Shown piece by piece: positions 61,057-64,000 of a stretch of 64,000 bases of DNA. The stretch comes from Promethearchaeota archaeon (GTDB taxonomy: Archaea; Asgardarchaeota; Lokiarchaeia; Sigyniarchaeales; SOKP01), in contig JAUVNS010000006.1 in the NCBI GenBank assembly GCA_030599585.1, forward strand, positions 128,001 through 192,000, given 5' to 3'. The notes below the pieces were generated by a model. The model made no database searches and was not told where the DNA came from. It saw only the letters and a list, made by a program, of their open reading frames with translations. Both the position numbers and the translations under genes were made by a program. How positions within the stretch are numbered: position 1 is the first letter of the stretch; every line of letters starts with the position of its first letter.

Positions 61057-61425
61057 TCAATACTTATACGTTACATCGGCTTCTAGAATAAATTTTGAAA
61101 TTTCCTTATTGCTTGCTACCTTTACATTGTCAAATTCGACTAAATCTGATTGTTTTATTCCCGCAATCTCTAACGCAGAGTCTAACACATACACATCCAG
61201 ATCAGAAAGTTCCATCATTCTAAATATGTTCGAAGGGACATCCATATTGACCTTCTCGGGGTCAAAATTCTTGGATAAAAAGTAAACTGAATCCCCCATA
61301 AAGATTATCTTACACTCTTCGAGATCGCCTACTGCCATAATTCCCGCGCCCATCCGGATTGCTTCGATAACTGAATTCTTCCCAATTGGAGAATCCAAGC
61401 ATAAAATTACTACTGATTTAACCAT
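61057..61425 (-). CDS. dsrF: DsrF/TusC-like protein
   Basis: SPIG...EAIRMG, IFMGDSVY. Confidence 0.75.
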   Translation of the reverse strand: MVKSVVILCLDSPIGKNSVIEAIRMGAGIMAVGDLEECKIIFMGDSVYFLSKNFDPEKVNMDVPSNIFRMMELSDLDVYVLDSALEIAGIKQSDLVEFDNVKVASNKEISKFILEADVTYKY

Positions 61426-61429
61426 GCAT

Positions 61430-61798
61430 TCACCCTCCTGGACCAAATACTATTACTCTATCTGATTCTGCCATCCATTTTGACAAATCCCCTAATCCAA
61501 CTTGACTAGCATTCTCGATCAACTCGTCGGGTTTTAAACCAGTAAAGTTCATCCATGTACTACACGCAAAGAGTTTCATATTGTTCCCATCTATAAAATT
61601 CTCGAGACGTTTAGGTAAGTTTCTCATTGACGAGCTTAGTTTTAAGTCCCGTTTCGCACTATACACCCCGCTTCCATAAAAATATATACCTAATATTTGA
61701 TGGCCTTTCTTTAGGATTGCTTGTCCTAAGTTAAGCATCGTGTCTAGTGCTTCGAATTTATAAGGCTCAGCGCATACGACAAAGGTAAAAACAACCAT
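61430..61798 (-). CDS. dsrE: DsrE/TusD-like sulfurtransferase
   Basis: EPY, YFYGSGV, catalytic Cys in ACST, GLGDL...SDRVIVF. Confidence 0.8.
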   Translation of the reverse strand: MVVFTFVVCAEPYKFEALDTMLNLGQAILKKGHQILGIYFYGSGVYSAKRDLKLSSSMRNLPKRLENFIDGNNMKLFACSTWMNFTGLKPDELIENASQVGLGDLSKWMAESDRVIVFGPGG

Positions 61799-61905
61799 AT
61801 TAACAAAATAAATTTTTTTGAATATATAGTTAATGCTAATATTTACATCAAAAAAAGGAAAAAAAATTGTTTAAACATTAAACTTGTTTTAAAAATAAGA
61901 GAATA

Positions 61906-62739
61906 TTAATCTCTCTGATCCTCATCAACCAAGCGGCTTCTGAAAATCAATAGAAATGCTAATAAAGCAGTAGCAAGCACTACTCCGATCAGATAATCGA
62001 GTGTAGATGTTCGAATAATCTGTGTTGGAATGTTAATCGTTATAATACTTAATGCTGAAACTAATGCTAGCCACCATCCACTCTTATTACGCTCTGCCAT
62101 CATAGGAATTGAAGCAAAAAGCATGAGAACAGCAATCCAGTTGATCTCACCGGACATTGTTAATATCCACCATTCTAAGCCATCGAAAAAAGGAGCCGCC
62201 AATCGTGTAAGCAACATTCTTTGTGCTCCAATGCCGATAACAAACGCGTGTGTAGCCAGCATGCCGACAAATGTGAATGTTATTAGGTTTCCTATTTTTT
62301 CAGAAGTGCTTTCATATCTATGTAACAGAAATACGCTCATGTAGCCCACTAATCCAACGAAGCAAATAAAGATAGGAATTGGGAGCCCTCCCACCCAACT
62401 TATGTAAGGGAGAAACATAAACATCCCACCAATGGATGGTACTGCATATGCAGTTAATTCGATCTTCATAGTCCATGCCTCACCTTTTAAGATGGAGGGT
62501 GTAATGGCTAATAGAACAATTCCCGCCACATATATTAGAGCTCGCCACAAAGGATAAAAGAAGGAGAATAAAGCAATTCCACTAGCAAATTTAGGTTCAG
62601 TTATAACGGTATCAACAATCTCAGCTAAGAGAGCTTCCAGAGATATCTGCACTAGAGTAGGCGCAACGAGAAGCATGAAGAGACCGACTGCTACAGCTAT
62701 TATACTTTTTATTATTTTTGGAATTTTAGATTTTTTCAT
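61906..62739 (-). CDS. Multi-pass membrane protein (about 8 TM)
   Basis: Hydrophobic segments. Confidence 0.75.
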   Translation of the reverse strand: MKKSKIPKIIKSIIAVAVGLFMLLVAPTLVQISLEALLAEIVDTVITEPKFASGIALFSFFYPLWRALIYVAGIVLLAITPSILKGEAWTMKIELTAYAVPSIGGMFMFLPYISWVGGLPIPIFICFVGLVGYMSVFLLHRYESTSEKIGNLITFTFVGMLATHAFVIGIGAQRMLLTRLAAPFFDGLEWWILTMSGEINWIAVLMLFASIPMMAERNKSGWWLALVSALSIITINIPTQIIRTSTLDYLIGVVLATALLAFLLIFRSRLVDEDQRD

Positions 62740-62821
62740 TTATGTACCACGAAATTATGTTTTTTTTTGTTTTTATAATATAATTTTTGTTAAATATTTC
62801 GTTAAGGAGATAAATAAAGCT

Positions 62822-62843
62822 ATTACTTTACCGGTAAAGTAAT
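62822..62843. promoter_or_regulatory. Perfect 22-bp palindrome (operator candidate)
   Basis: ATTACTTTACCGGTAAAGTAAT. Confidence 0.6.
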
Positions 62844-63010
62844 TTTAGTTAACTTGTTTTTAATATATTAAGTTCTGTAAATAAACGATACACTTGTCTA
62901 TAATTAGATTTTTTCATTATCCTTTATTTAAATATTTAAATTTCGCTTTTAGTTAATAAATTTTAACGATTTAAAAGAAATATCTTATTTCGAGTAAGAT
63001 TTCTTTTTTT

Positions 63011-63030
63011 ATATTAGATAAGCCTAATAT
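63011..63030. promoter_or_regulatory. DtxR/MntR-like metal-box candidate upstream of FTR1
   Basis: ATATTAGATAAGCCTAATAT abutting TATA-like TTTAAAT. Confidence 0.55.
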
Positions 63031-63126
63031 TTAAATCTTTAATTTATCTTAATTTTCATAAGAAACTTACTTTAAAATATTTAATATGGTGGTTAAATCA
63101 CGATAAATCAGATATCATTTGTTGAC

Positions 63127-63978
63127 TTGTCAATCCCGATGTTTCTAGCATTGAGGGAAGGGTTAGAAGCTGTCTTAGTTGTGGTAATAATTTTATTATA
63201 CTTAAAAAAAACCAACCAAAAGTTTTATTATAAGTATGTATATTTAGGAATTCTTTTAGCAACAATTGCAAGCGTCGTATTTGCTATCATCTTCTCAATA
63301 GCATTTGGAGGATTTACTGGCATACCTGAAAAAATATTTGAGGGGACAACATTTATCATTTCAGGCATTTTTATATTAACATTAGTTTTATGGGTGAGTA
63401 AGGAAGGTCCAAAGATGAAAGAGAACCTTGAAGGAAGATTAGAAGAATCTATTAATACGCAAAAGGTATTTTCGATTTCTATCACTACATTTATTATTAT
63501 AATTAGAGAAGGAATTGAATTAGTCCTACTCACAACAGGGGCTGCTTCTATAGGTTCTTTAAATCAAGGAAACGTTATATTAGGGTCTATCATTGGTTTA
63601 GCAATCTCGATTCTCATTGGATTTTTAATATTTTACAGTATAAAATCCATAAATTTGAGAACCTTTTTTAAAATAACAAATGTAATGCTAATATTATTCG
63701 CTGCTGGGTTAATTACGTATGGTATCCACGAATTTATTGAAGCGGGAATAATTAATCCGATTATTGAAGAAGTATGGAATATTAAGCATATTTTACCTGA
63801 AAAATTTCCCGATGGAAACCCCGCAACTCCTGAATTTTTAGAGATTATAGGCGCCCTACTAAAAGCTCTCTTTGGATATAATGCTAATCCTGCTTTGCTA
63901 GAAGTAATTATTTATCCGGTGTTATTAGTTTCAATAGGTATAATTTCAGCCCTGGTATGGAAACGTAATAACCATTAA
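63127..63978 (+). CDS. FTR1/EfeU-family iron permease
   Basis: Two RExLE motifs (REGLE, REGIE), AAGL..GIHE, LFGY. Confidence 0.92.
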   Translation: MSIPMFLALREGLEAVLVVVIILLYLKKTNQKFYYKYVYLGILLATIASVVFAIIFSIAFGGFTGIPEKIFEGTTFIISGIFILTLVLWVSKEGPKMKENLEGRLEESINTQKVFSISITTFIIIIREGIELVLLTTGAASIGSLNQGNVILGSIIGLAISILIGFLIFYSIKSINLRTFFKITNVMLILFAAGLITYGIHEFIEAGIINPIIEEVWNIKHILPEKFPDGNPATPEFLEIIGALLKALFGYNANPALLEVIIYPVLLVSIGIISALVWKRNNH

Positions 63979-64000
63979 AAGAGCTTGTTTATTTATTTCT

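Noticed and set aside
2263-63533. Numerous short ORFs antisense to or nested in confident genes
   Set aside because: Shadow ORFs with no independent motifs

Overview
AT-rich archaeal chromosomal segment. Its gene content points to an Asgard archaeon, most likely Lokiarchaeia: archaeal LeuRS, histone and Sm protein, a BHB-intron tRNA, several small GTPases fused to roadblock/longin domains, and a RING-H2 protein. It carries about 60 CDS, mostly metabolism and housekeeping (AOR+MoaD, two ThiC-family genes, ThiDN, LeuB, LpdA, DsrEFH, FTR1). Main candidate system: a four-gene cassette present twice (40216-43065 and 53161-56114), made of a uDENN/longin protein with a putative NPRL2/FLCN/SMCR8-type arginine finger, two translationally coupled 7TM proteins, and an Arf-like GTPase with a C-terminal roadblock/longin domain. 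Other observations: tandem roadblock-Rab-pseudoGTPase paralogues; a cluster of a mu-homology-like protein, a beta-propeller and a longin protein; a tRNA-Arg(CCU) with two introns, one in the T-loop; a small ORF with an in-frame UGA followed by a SECIS-like hairpin; a triplicated cold-shock gene with RGG tails; and a PAS kinase bracketed by ~113-bp direct repeats. All assignments come from reading motifs by eye; no searches were run.
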